In this document: one piece after another, positions 10,601 through 21,022 of the stretch
Position numbering within the stretch: position 1 is the stretch's first letter
Layout: the number at the start of each line of letters is the position of its first letter
Source of the DNA: Blastocystis sp. Blastoise
Taxonomy: Eukaryota; Protista; Bigyra: Opalinata
Direction of reading: 5' to 3'
DNA: 64,000 bases
Assembly: GCA_039096225.1 (NCBI GenBank)
Contig: JBBPEB010000004.1
Coordinates: 620,001-684,000 of the forward strand
Translations under genes and position numbers: made by a program
The notes under the pieces: model-generated
The model's database searches: none
Seen by the model: the letters and a program-made list of their open reading frames with translations, nothing else
What the model was told of the DNA's origin: nothing

Positions 10601-13600
10601 CTACAGAAACTACTACTACTATAGAAACTACTACTACTCCTCTTCCTATCAATACGAATGAAATTTTAAACAATAATAATACTATAGATATTGATATAGA
10701 TATAGATCAAAACATGAGTAATTCTGAAACAAATACTCCTATGAATACTATGGAAATACAAGAAGAAATAGCTTCTACTACTATGAATACTAATAATGAT
10801 ACTATGATGGATATTGAATCTTCTAATACTCAAGAAAATACTTCTACAAATAATTCAACTCAAAAGAATAAAAAGAATTCTACACAAAAAGGAAATAGAA
10901 ATAAGAATACTAAGAATAAATCAAAATATGATGATTATATAAAGGCTCCTCGAATTCCTAATACTGAAGATCTCCTTTCTACTTACTCTCCTATTAATAT
11001 TCAGAAAACTATACAATTCTCAAAAACTATCAAAGTAGATAATACTCCTAAAAGACGACTTTCTTCCATGGCTATACATAAATTAGGAAATTGGAAAAGT
11101 TTCATTAGATTTAACAAATTTATAGAAGATAAACTCATACCTCTTGTTACTCCTTTCCCTAACTCCTCTGATGAATCGAATACTATACAGATGAATAACG
11201 AAATGATTAATTCCTTCAATAATATATGTGATTATATTCAAAATGAACTCTATAATTGGATATATAATAATTCTACTCCTACTTATAGATCTTGGCGTAA
11301 TAATAATCTCAATAACAACAGTTCTATTAAGAAATATAATACTATATACAGAAAGAATAATAGTTATTCTCCTTCTCAAAGGAATAACTATAATGATAAG
11401 AATTCTTCAAATAAATATTCTTATGCTGGAAAAAATAGAAATAGCAATTCATATAGATCAAATAACCAATATAGAAACTTAAAGAAAACATATACTAGAA
11501 AGAATAATCAATATAGAAAGAAGTATATGGATATGCATGATATTTCTCAAAATAATCGCGGTTATGGTCAAAATCAAAACTATACTGGTTCTTCTCCTAA
11601 TAATCTTCAGAATACTACTAATAATACGGATGCTATGAATACTCATGATATTTCTCAGAATAATCATGGGAATACTCAAAATCGATATGATACTCAAAAT
11701 ATTCCTGGAAATAATCATGATTATAATCAACATAGATATAATAGAAGAAAGAATAATTATAATCATCCTATAAACAATTATAGTAATAAAAACAAATATA
11801 AAAAGAATAAAAAATATAAGAACTATATGGATTTAAGTCCTTCTACTACTACTACTACTAATCGATCTACTACTATAAATGGTACTACTCCCTCTACTGA
11901 TACTACTTCTCCTTCTACTGCTTCTCCTCCTACTACTTCCCCTCCTCCTACTACTACTACTCCTACTAATAATACTAACACTATACATATGAATAATAAT
12001 TTCAAACAAACGAATGATGATTTCTTTGATAATAATCCTTTCAGAAAATCTACGGATAATGAAATTGAAGCTTTAAAGAAATACTATAATAATCTAAAAA
12101 GTAATCTAGATACTCTAAAATACGATTTGAATCATACTATATTACCTAATATTCCTGAAACTGAATCCTATACTATCTCTTCTACTCTTTCTGAGTCTAT
12201 CCTTAATTGGAAAAATAAACTACAATCTATTACACTCTTTGATGAAGATGAAGAATTAAAAATAAATATATTAAATATCTTACAGAAAGATAATGAAAAT
12301 AATAATACTCCTCTACTTACTCTAGAACAATGGAAAGAGATATTAAATCTTATAATGAATGAGATAGAATCATGCTTATGGAATATTAACCAACTTAAAG
12401 AAGCTAAAATAAGAATTACTTCTATTAATGATGCTAAGAAAATACAATCCGAATTTGATAAGAATACTAAAGCTTTCTTAAGAAGTAAAGTATTCTCTAA
12501 AACTACTCCTAGATATTGTGAAATACCTTCTAAGGATTTACAAGAACAATTTACGAAACTATATGATTCACAAGAAACTTCAGATAATATATTACTTCCA
12601 GATATTATAAAATCAAATACTAAACAATTACTAAATCCTCCTGCCCTTAATAAGATAACCTATGAAAGAATTAGACATGCATTAAAATTTTTACCAAATA
12701 ACAGTACTCCTGGTCCTAATGGTCTCCCTTATGAAGTTTACAAATACTCCTCTTCTGCTTGTTCTCTATTGGCTTATATATTAGAAATATGTCGTTCGAA
12801 TGGTATTACTCTAAAATCTTGGAGTTCCTCTATCACTTGCCTACTAGACAAAAATAAATCGGATCCTAGTAGCTTAGGAAACTGGAGACCTTTGGCTTTA
12901 CAAAATACTGAATCAAAAATACTTTCTTCTATAATGGTTACCTACATGAATGAACTAAACAATAAACAAAACTTTATGTCAAAATATCAAAAAGGATTTA
13001 TATCTGGAATACCTGGTTGTGAAGAACTTAATTTCATACTACAAAACTACATAGCTAACTTTAAACTATCTAGAAGAGCTAAAACTGCTGCCTATTTTAC
13101 TTTCCTCGACTTGGAGAAGGCCTATGATACGGTACCTCAAAGATTAATGCATCAAATTCTTCAATATATGAACTTCCCTATAGACTTCAGAAATATTATT
13201 CTATCCTTATACTCTTCTGCTAATACTGTTATAAGATTAACCAAAAATTCATATACAGATCCTATATACTTAAAGCGTGGAATAAGACAAGGTGATCCCC
13301 TATCTCCTCTTCTATTCAATATTATACTTAATCCTTTATTGAATTACCTGAACAATAATCAAGCCATGATGATGAATATTAAAGATAACACTACTCCTAA
13401 TAATCCTATTGTTATATCAGAAAGTAATGCTTATGCTTATGCAGATGATATCGTCCTGCTAGCTAACAATAAAGAAGATACGGAAGTTCTTTTAGGAAAG
13501 GTAAAAGAAATACTTAATATATATCATATGAAACTATCGGTTAATAAATGTAAGTGTTTAGCGATGAAATATTCCAATGATGGAAATAGAAAACTTACGT

Positions 13601-16218
13601 ATACTCCTCCTCCTCCTACTTATAATAATGAAGTGATTACTCTACTTAAAGATACTGAAATCCAAAGATATTTAGGATGTCCTATGGGTGAATCCATTAC
13701 TAAACGAAGAGAATTCTGGGTGAATACGTTAGATGAAATCAAAGAAAAAATAAATTCTTTAAATACTATTCCTATTAGTCCTCATCAAAAATTAATAACT
13801 CTTCGTCAATATATTATTCCTTGTATTGAATTCTTGGCTAGAAATGGTGATACTAATATACTTAAAATAAAAGAACTGGATGTACTAATAAGAAATAATG
13901 TTAAGAATTGGAATGGATGTTCTTCTGTCTGGCCTAAAGACTTTTATAGCACTTCAATACGAGATGGTGGACTTGGTGTTACTTCGTTGTTAGATAGGTA
14001 CTATATTGGTAAAGCTTCTCTACTGGTAAGAATGGCTAATTCAAATGATATAAATATTAGAAATACTTTATATTATGCTCTTAGATATACTACTCTACAA
14101 AATTCTCTATATGTGATTAATGATCCAATAAACTATATGAGAGGCCATATTCCTACTGAAATCCCTGAAACTAGAAAGAAAGATTTGGTATTCTTTAATC
14201 TATCTATCAACAATATTAACAAACCCTTAAAAGCAAAGAAAGAAAATAATACTATTATTCCTCTAGATATAGACTTTACTACACTGAACCATCCCTTCCC
14301 TTATATAAGAAAAGCAATTGATGCTATAGTTGCTTTAAACATGGACATATGTTACTATGAAAATAATCCGAAAAATGGAGCTGGAATAAGAATAAGAAGT
14401 ACTGATAATAGTATATCGAAATTTATAGAAGCGAAAGATGTGAAACGTAAGATGTGTAAATTATTAAATGAATCTTTGAAAATAAGACATGCTTCTATGC
14501 TGAAAGAATACTCCTATTTGCAATATACTAAATATTTGAATAATAATATATCGTGTAACAAATGGATATACAAAACAAAACATATTAATCCTTCAAAATA
14601 CTGTGCCTTATTGAATCTTCGAATGAGAACCCTATATACTGGTGAGATGGCTTATAGAAGACAAGATCCGAAAGGAAAGAAACCTACTCTACATGATACT
14701 GTCGCTTTATGTCCTTATTGTTTGAAAACTAAAAATGAATCAAGAATACATAGTCAAACACACATCATGACTACTTGTGCTAGAATCTCTAGAAATGAAA
14801 ATGGACACGATCTGATTAGCAAAAGACATAATGAAATACGAGAATGTTTAACTAGATCTTTGGCAAAAGCTCTTCCTTATACTATTTATAAAGTCAATCA
14901 AGAAAAATCAATGAATACTATTCTATATGATGGTAAGAATAAAGAGGAATGGGCTAATCGTCGTCCAGATATTATAATTACAAGTGAGAAAGAAATAAGA
15001 ATGGTAGAAATTGGTGTTACTTATGAACAAGTAGATGGAACTCGTGATACTATCTTAGAAATGAAACATACTAAAGATCATTCATATGATGAAGCTATAC
15101 AAAAATTACAACATGATTTCCCTAATAAACAAATCTCCTACTATACTGTTATACTTGGTGCCTCTGGGACAATTCCTGAATCTACTATTCATAATATATC
15201 TCAAGTCTCAAAACTCAAAGGAAGATACTTATACTTTTTAATATCAAAAATTAATGATATAGTCTTAGAATGGGCCTATAAGTATTGGAGACTATCTCTT
15301 TCTGATTCTAGACTAATTACAAAAAATATTTCTAGACTACATTCTTCTGCTGCTCATATTGAACTAACTCAACGAAATATTGAATAATATATATTACTAT
15401 ATGGAATAATATATACTACTAATTATCCTCTATAATACTTCTATTCATCCTCCATATACTATATTGAATATACTACTTCTACTTATACTATATTGATGAA
15501 ATTTATCTACTACTTATCCTCTACATATTACAATGGATATTATATTAATAATTCTACTTTATATTATACTTACTATATATATCTACTCCCTATCCTCTAT
15601 ATATTATATTGGATATATTACTTTTACTTGATTTTATAATTTACTACTTTTTATATATATCTTTTTATTGAAATCTTTTCTTTATATCTTATTCTAATTC
15701 TATTTAATGAAAACTTATTTATACTGATTGAATTTATAATCAGCTCTGATTGAATATCTATATATTTATAGATTGAATTTTCTCTTTTTCTCTTACTTAC
15801 TATTTATTAAACTCTTATCTTAAAAATATTACTTAAAAAATTATTCTACTACTTATTAACCTTTAATATTAATTAAATCAATTAAATTATATTAATTACA
15901 TATATATAGTCGTGATATGAAAGGTATATTGTACCTATACATCAGCTATATCCCAGAAATGCTTGGGAGGTGTAAAAATTGTGTTACTAGATCTGGTATC
16001 AGTACACAAATCCCATTCAGAGAGTCCTATTGGTTATTTTAAGGTGCATATGAAATACATGTGTTGTGATATCCCCGTGGTAAAACATACTTAAACAAAA
16101 CAAAATGAACAAAAGTTATTAAATGATATTTTAAATTTATTTTAATTTTTTTATGTTCTTTTTCTGTTTGTGTACCGTTCTCTCTGGTACAAATGGTTAC
16201 TTTAATTGGCTAACACTT
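7663..16218 (+). mobile_element. Non-LTR retrotransposon, REL type, copy 2, full length (~8.56 kb)
   Basis: Complete ORF plus ~830-bp 3' UTR, flanked by identical 35-bp blocks at 7628-7662 and 16219-16253. Confidence 0.93.
7681..15387 (+). CDS. Retrotransposon polyprotein, copy 2, 2568 aa from the first ATG (RT, CCHC, REL endonuclease)
   Basis: Uninterrupted ORF with the same motifs as copy 1; the track start at 7615 is a TTG, first ATG is 7681 (MQSAIHF). Confidence 0.95.
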   Translation: MQSAIHFSNNGEVPESKLQVDLKIRDKSGSTNLASSSAPSPSDENSLQINEKRIKSVEDEKNEKQKNYDENGDPRSKLVFSGFEIPQNSEFSRDSTTTKIDPQNKQDYSLNTKELIDLSLTGSTTTTTNNSSNWVLSESDTLYVDTTSSAKKRIMSPISTQYKSIRKRVDTPLNPPLDSSLQVNSEPLKPSTENTSEKKDESWSSTGWSSDAFAKSWSTNVNIWIDYDDPKQNVKSTQKSTTNLGLPTQNTTLNQQNDVPMVISVATNTLNENSTTIISSNALSTPENVSSTKESLLNNSTNESTNLSIISTHENIPTVNITQSNSTVLNTSESTNLMNSSNAIDSSAFVDSTNSIYSSASMVSSNALDSSAPMDSSFSMDSSDSINSPDAINSPESSDSPPTPTLSQLLHNRIFPNDTNPPSWARNPTLELSPSLSTSSNTTIIDTATITNNTPIGNEIIHPSIQTTSLLSSEDEPISINLNNTEQEDQDIYTNSDSNIEIPILTPNDIIDENEIPTNETILNTIENNEFILSFPTNIYTITSPPKDFPTKFNWLFPAKPEFLIGYNTIKKHKNGKKWNNIESLKEFINHFTLMFIYEKRKNRPRIQKRITRQKAFSMLFPQSSVNTLFYLLRTLRNIYSNKHRNSSAPINEVAKQNEIPIQERITPSDTTNNYIQNEIEDNTHTNMGTFLSPVPSDSITTIEPTIPSISNSIINSNSIPIHISSSSTNTTNNIDTPIIMNTTINPDDHTIIESSISIESPITVNISSTIESPISIESPSNIDSTNLSSSMNIDQINTNIINNTIISSPSINNTQLSPNSSIENIDMELDIDINSIPSTLNTIDSNTNNINQQKESIHKDLVNNTMNITTNKEITTSITNEEENTQNKRNTINLDETNTQMNNTTTIQNRNEYYDVSSDESIINISSTSTSTTTSPMNSPIPLENHISLSNIDFNFTPLNSTQKDINGSKKTTTETTTTIETTTTPLPINTNEILNNNNTIDIDIDIDQNMSNSETNTPMNTMEIQEEIASTTMNTNNDTMMDIESSNTQENTSTNNSTQKNKKNSTQKGNRNKNTKNKSKYDDYIKAPRIPNTEDLLSTYSPINIQKTIQFSKTIKVDNTPKRRLSSMAIHKLGNWKSFIRFNKFIEDKLIPLVTPFPNSSDESNTIQMNNEMINSFNNICDYIQNELYNWIYNNSTPTYRSWRNNNLNNNSSIKKYNTIYRKNNSYSPSQRNNYNDKNSSNKYSYAGKNRNSNSYRSNNQYRNLKKTYTRKNNQYRKKYMDMHDISQNNRGYGQNQNYTGSSPNNLQNTTNNTDAMNTHDISQNNHGNTQNRYDTQNIPGNNHDYNQHRYNRRKNNYNHPINNYSNKNKYKKNKKYKNYMDLSPSTTTTTNRSTTINGTTPSTDTTSPSTASPPTTSPPPTTTTPTNNTNTIHMNNNFKQTNDDFFDNNPFRKSTDNEIEALKKYYNNLKSNLDTLKYDLNHTILPNIPETESYTISSTLSESILNWKNKLQSITLFDEDEELKINILNILQKDNENNNTPLLTLEQWKEILNLIMNEIESCLWNINQLKEAKIRITSINDAKKIQSEFDKNTKAFLRSKVFSKTTPRYCEIPSKDLQEQFTKLYDSQETSDNILLPDIIKSNTKQLLNPPALNKITYERIRHALKFLPNNSTPGPNGLPYEVYKYSSSACSLLAYILEICRSNGITLKSWSSSITCLLDKNKSDPSSLGNWRPLALQNTESKILSSIMVTYMNELNNKQNFMSKYQKGFISGIPGCEELNFILQNYIANFKLSRRAKTAAYFTFLDLEKAYDTVPQRLMHQILQYMNFPIDFRNIILSLYSSANTVIRLTKNSYTDPIYLKRGIRQGDPLSPLLFNIILNPLLNYLNNNQAMMMNIKDNTTPNNPIVISESNAYAYADDIVLLANNKEDTEVLLGKVKEILNIYHMKLSVNKCKCLAMKYSNDGNRKLTYTPPPPTYNNEVITLLKDTEIQRYLGCPMGESITKRREFWVNTLDEIKEKINSLNTIPISPHQKLITLRQYIIPCIEFLARNGDTNILKIKELDVLIRNNVKNWNGCSSVWPKDFYSTSIRDGGLGVTSLLDRYYIGKASLLVRMANSNDINIRNTLYYALRYTTLQNSLYVINDPINYMRGHIPTEIPETRKKDLVFFNLSINNINKPLKAKKENNTIIPLDIDFTTLNHPFPYIRKAIDAIVALNMDICYYENNPKNGAGIRIRSTDNSISKFIEAKDVKRKMCKLLNESLKIRHASMLKEYSYLQYTKYLNNNISCNKWIYKTKHINPSKYCALLNLRMRTLYTGEMAYRRQDPKGKKPTLHDTVALCPYCLKTKNESRIHSQTHIMTTCARISRNENGHDLISKRHNEIRECLTRSLAKALPYTIYKVNQEKSMNTILYDGKNKEEWANRRPDIIITSEKEIRMVEIGVTYEQVDGTRDTILEMKHTKDHSYDEAIQKLQHDFPNKQISYYTVILGASGTIPESTIHNISQVSKLKGRYLYFLISKINDIVLEWAYKYWRLSLSDSRLITKNISRLHSSAAHIELTQRNIE

Positions 16219-16253
16219 GGGGTTCGATCCCCCTATCAGGCGTTTCTTTTTTA
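16219..16253 (+). pseudogene. Second tRNA 3' fragment plus T-run (probable target-site duplication)
   Basis: Identical to 7628-7662; identity between the units stops at 16253. Confidence 0.75.
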
Positions 16254-16348
16254 TCTTTATATTTTTGCATTTCCTAAGTTCAGTAGTGCATGTAGATGCC
16301 AATGGTGAAGTTGCGGAGTCAAAACTCCAAGTTGATCTCTTTTGATCA
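16254..16348 (+). mobile_element. Diverged relic homologous to the retrotransposon 5' end
   Basis: 16301-16338 matches 7708-7745 at 36/38 nt, at nearly the same distance (+2 nt) from the tRNA fragment; frame then stops. Confidence 0.6.
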
Positions 16349-16580
16349 TCAAATGACTATTCGTAAATCATTTGTTACTTTTCCTACATGTAGTATACAT
16401 GATGCTGAAGAGGCTAGAAACAAAGAAAACACCTTATAAAGCCAGAGGAATGCAAATAAAAAGAAATAAAAATGATTGACAAAAGAATGGATCCAATTTT
16501 CAAAAATTTCTCCATAAAAAAGAGAAACCCATAAAAAACGAAAACAAAAGAGAAATATGCACAATAAAAATAAGTTTGAT

Positions 16581-16760
16581 CAGCCCCTTCCCTGAGGCCC
16601 TTTTTTTTGCCATGTGGCAATTGTCACCAAAATTTGTGACAAAATATTTATTTTTGACAGTGTAATTTTATATTTTTATGACTAAGTCAAATTAAGTCTG
16701 GCTGAAAGTGACAGTCAGCTATTGTCATGGCAACTGTCACAAAAGTGAGGGAAGGGACTG
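16581..16760. mobile_element. hAT-type MITE, 180 bp
   Basis: Imperfect TIRs CAGCCCCTTCCCTGA / TGAGGGAAGGGACTG; exact 8-bp TSD AGTTTGAT at 16573-16580 and 16761-16768. Confidence 0.85.
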
Positions 16761-17247
16761 AGTTTGATTGTGAAATCTAAATATTTATTAGACATTTGTT
16801 GTAAAAATATATTATATAATATATTTTGTGTATTACATATATCAGACACTTGATCTGACATATTTTTATCAACATTTGGATGAAATTTAATTTGATGATT
16901 ATGAATCACTACATTGTTTTTGATATATCTTATTCTTATTCTTTAGGTCATAACATATTTTATGATTTAATTCGTTAAAATTGATCAATCAATGCTTTTT
17001 CGTCCAGATTCTATCTATTATTATTGACTCTTTTGTCTGAATGATGTCTATATCTTTTTATATATATCTGAATTAATAAAACATATCATTTAAGAAAAAA
17101 ACTGTGAGTTTTTAGAAGCATTATTTTTTCTGTTTATATGAAATTTTATTGAATAAGGATATAAATGTCGCTTATTAAAGATACTAATGTTTATCATCAT
17201 TCTTAAAAATGAAATACATCAATATAAGTGTAATAATTTAATAATTA

Positions 17248-17287
17248 CAAGCGTTTCACGACTGGCTACGCCAGCCTACGCTTGAGT
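17248..17287 (-). mobile_element. Probable Helitron 3' terminus of a non-autonomous element (5' end not located)
   Basis: Minus strand GGCTGGC-GTA-GCCAGTC hairpin, 8 nt, then CTTG|T; isolated GC island in AT-rich DNA; end is CTTG rather than canonical CTRR. Confidence 0.45.
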
Positions 17288-17673
17288 TTTGATAGTTGTT
17301 ATCTCTTAAATGTTATATCTTATGTTGATTTTTTAAAATAATATGTTTATTTTTATGTTTTTGTTATTTATTTCTATTTTTATTATTTTTAGGATGAAGA
17401 CTATTTCATATTTTATAAATTATTATTTCAATTGTTTTTAGTTGTTATCTTCTATTGTTTAGTTATTAGTTTAGTATATTCTAAATAATTCAATTCATAC
17501 TTTATTGATAATTCCTACTTAACATTTTATATTACATTTTTTGAGTATTATTTCCTTTTTTATTTAGTATCATTTTAGCTATTTTTATTATTGATTATAT
17601 ATATTTATTGTTTATTAATGATAATTGATTAGCTCTTGTTTTTTATTTTTGATCTTATTCATATTTCTATTTC

Positions 17674-17760
17674 AATTTAGATTTCAATTTAGATTTCTAT
17701 TTAGATTTCTATTTAGATTTCTATTTAGATTTCTATTTAGATTTCTATTTAGATTGCTAT
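17674..17760. repeat. 12-bp tandem repeat (ATTTAGATTTCT), about 7 copies
   Basis: Read directly from sequence. Confidence 0.85.
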
Positions 17761-18439
17761 TTTAGTTTTCTATATTAATTCACTTTTCTTTGTTAATTTA
17801 TTTATAACTGTTTTTGTAATTATAAATTCATTTTGTTTTATAAATATTTTATATTTTAAACAATATTATTATGATTATAAAATATTTTTTATTTTAAAAC
17901 TTAATATTATCAGTTATATCTTATCTTTAAGTATTTATTTTTTATTTTAAATTATTCTATATAATTATTATTATGAGAAGCAGCTTACTCTTTTGTCTAA
18001 AAAATATTATTTATTCTTTTATGAATTTTCTCATATATTATTTTATTTCATTTTAAATTATTATCATTTTTATCTCTATTTGATTTTTTATATTCTATCA
18101 TTTCTTTTTATATATACTATTATATATATATATTTAATATTTTATTATACCCCTTTTTCTTATTAATAAATGTTTAATTATATTTAATAGTTACTATATT
18201 TTAATACTATCAGATTCAAATGTTTATAATATTATTTTTTTTTATTACTCCTATTTCAATTTGGATTTTTAAAAACAAAAAATATTTTTAATAATTAAAA
18301 AATATATATTATTCTATATAATCGATAATAACTCATAGAGTTCTTTCTAAATATTTATCATATATAGAATTTTTTTATAAAAGAAAAAAAGAATTATTTT
18401 TAAAAATTATCTATTCATTTTTTATAATGTTATCATAAT

Positions 18440-19500
18440 CATTTCATTAAATGAAACGAAAAACTAAATATAAACCAAAAATTACATTCTATATCATAAA
18501 TAGATTTAGTACTTTAAAATACTTTACCTATTGTACATGAAATAAAGTTTATAAAACAAATAAGTTATTTTAAAAAACTCTAAAAAACTTTTATCATTTT
18601 TTTCAAACACATTCACTTTTATTTTAACTAATTTTATATTCATATACATATATATTAAATTTGTAATTTTTATTTATAAAGAATAACTTGAATTTCATTT
18701 ATTTAAAGTCACAATTACAAAAAATGAGTCCTTTTGAAAGACAAAAAACATTCTTTAAACTATAATAATTTTGTATTTAGTGACAAAAAAAGGTATTATA
18801 CTGTTTTAGAAACAATTAAAATCTTTTTACCCATTCTAACATTCCTATCAAACAGTCAACCATGTTTAATTAAACTAATTTTTAATATTTTATATTCTAT
18901 AATAAGTCTATTTATTATTTTAATAAAAGGGAACTTGAATCTCTTGACATAACTATTGTAATTCTAAAAAAATAATTTTTTGAACAACTTAAAATGTTTA
19001 TTTATTGTAGATTTTAATATGAAACACTCATAAAACACTCAATATATACTTATTGTAACCATTTTAGAAAAATAGACTCATTTTAACATTTTGGTTAAAC
19101 ACACAACCACCTTTATTTCAAACAATTCTTGTATTATTATAAACATTAAACACTCTAATACTCATTTTTATAAAAAGTGTATTGAATCTCTTCACTTAAG
19201 ACAGTCAAACAGACAATTCAAAATTATTTTACCCTTTAAATTCATTATAAAGTGATAATATTTTCAGAATTGTCCTAATATGTGATTTAGGACACATTGA
19301 ACTACTTTTTACAAAATTTTGAGTCAACATGTGCATATACTCATACACTCGTCTAACTTATTTTTGACTATTTTTTTGAGATTTGCAATACATATAAGGT
19401 CTAGTCTTCAAAAATGTAAAAATTAGTTGTCAAATATGAATTTGATTTGTCAACTTTTGGAAAATTTTTAGAAAAATCATTTTTCAATTTTCAGTTTTTT
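18440..19500. repeat. Degenerate ~245-bp tandem repeat, block A (ends approximate)
   Basis: TTGAAT(C/T)TC anchors at 18688, 18935 and 19182 (spacing 247). Confidence 0.55.
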
Positions 19501-21022
19501 AACATGTTATACTATTGACTCTACTGAACTCATTTCTTAATTAATTTTAAATGTTAAAATTTATATTATTAATATATTTTATTCTATGTATTTATTTGTT
19601 AAAATTATATAAAATAATTAAATATTGACTGAGAAATTAAAAATATAAACTATACCCTTTTTTCAAAAAATAATTTTTTTATGTTTTTCATATATAATTT
19701 TTTATCTCAAAAGTTATTTTATATTTTGATAATATTTTTATAAATTTATAAACTATATGTTGTCTAGTTTATAAATAGGTTTTATTTATTTTTTAAAAAT
19801 TAATATTGATGGAGAAATTGTCAAAACAAACTATAGTATCAAAAATGTTTTCTTTTTTTAAACGATTTATTTCACTAATTAAAGATAATTAAAAACAAAT
19901 TTATTTATTTAAAGCTTATTTATGACATTTAACACTTATTAAGACTGATAACTGACTTTTTAAAACAAACATTGTCAGTATCGGTTCAACATGTTGTCTT
20001 AACTTTTGTGAATGAGTGATGTATAGTGTTTATGAATGTTTATATATAGTAATTGAAACATTTTAAAGTTTATTGAGTTGACATTATTTGGTGTTTTTTC
20101 ACATTTTAAAAATAATATCATTATTTAATACAAATACTTTATATCTGAGTATTACATGACCATATACACAGAAATAATACAAAATTAAATTGTTTAAATA
20201 GACTTTAACATTTCGAGATACACTCGACCTTTTTTATTTCTTCTGTTGTTTTGATATGTTATACTATTGTGTCAGTAGTGTAATAAAATGTACTTAATAT
20301 ATTGAATCCCTTATTTTAAATAAATGAAAAAAAGGAATTATTTGTAAAGTGGGTTTAAAAAGATTTAATAATTAACAAATACAACTATTATGACTATATT
20401 AAGGTTCAATACATTCAAGTATCATGTTATTAAACAAAATAAAAAACAAATCTGTAACAACATACAGTGAACTTGAATTTATATTAAGAAATTCTTGTTC
20501 TAATCTAGATATTACACTTATATAATACTCATAAATACCGTTTTAAAAGAAAATAAGAACAAAAGTTACACATCCAATTATTAAAAGTGTGAGTTTTGAC
20601 AAAATAAAAAAAATGAATTTAGTTTAACATCATATTAATACAAAAATAAATTTATTTTAATTTAAAAGTTATTAATGAGTGAGAACGACGAATCACAAAA
20701 ATAAATATATTGATTTTTTCATTTTATTTTTACTAGGGTAACGCCGCTGGCGCACCGCCTAACGGCGACGCGCCGCGGCTGCGTTGTGCAGTTTGGTTTT
20801 AAAATTATGTATTAAACAATAGTTAACAAAACAACCTTGCTTATTATAAACATTTTATGAACAAATAAAAAGTAAAAAATTAAAGAGTAAAAATTTATTA
20901 TAAACATTTTTAGAACAAATAAAAAGTTAAAATTTGAAAAGTTAAATATAAATAAATAATAAAAAACAAATAAAACAATATAAAACAAATAAAACAAAAG
21001 AAAAAAAGAGAAAAGAAAATAT

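Noticed and set aside
1-16253. Tandem duplication as a pure assembly artefact or an LTR pair
   Set aside because: The copies differ at clustered sites, whole coding units are repeated, and the protein is non-LTR type with no integrase or protease.
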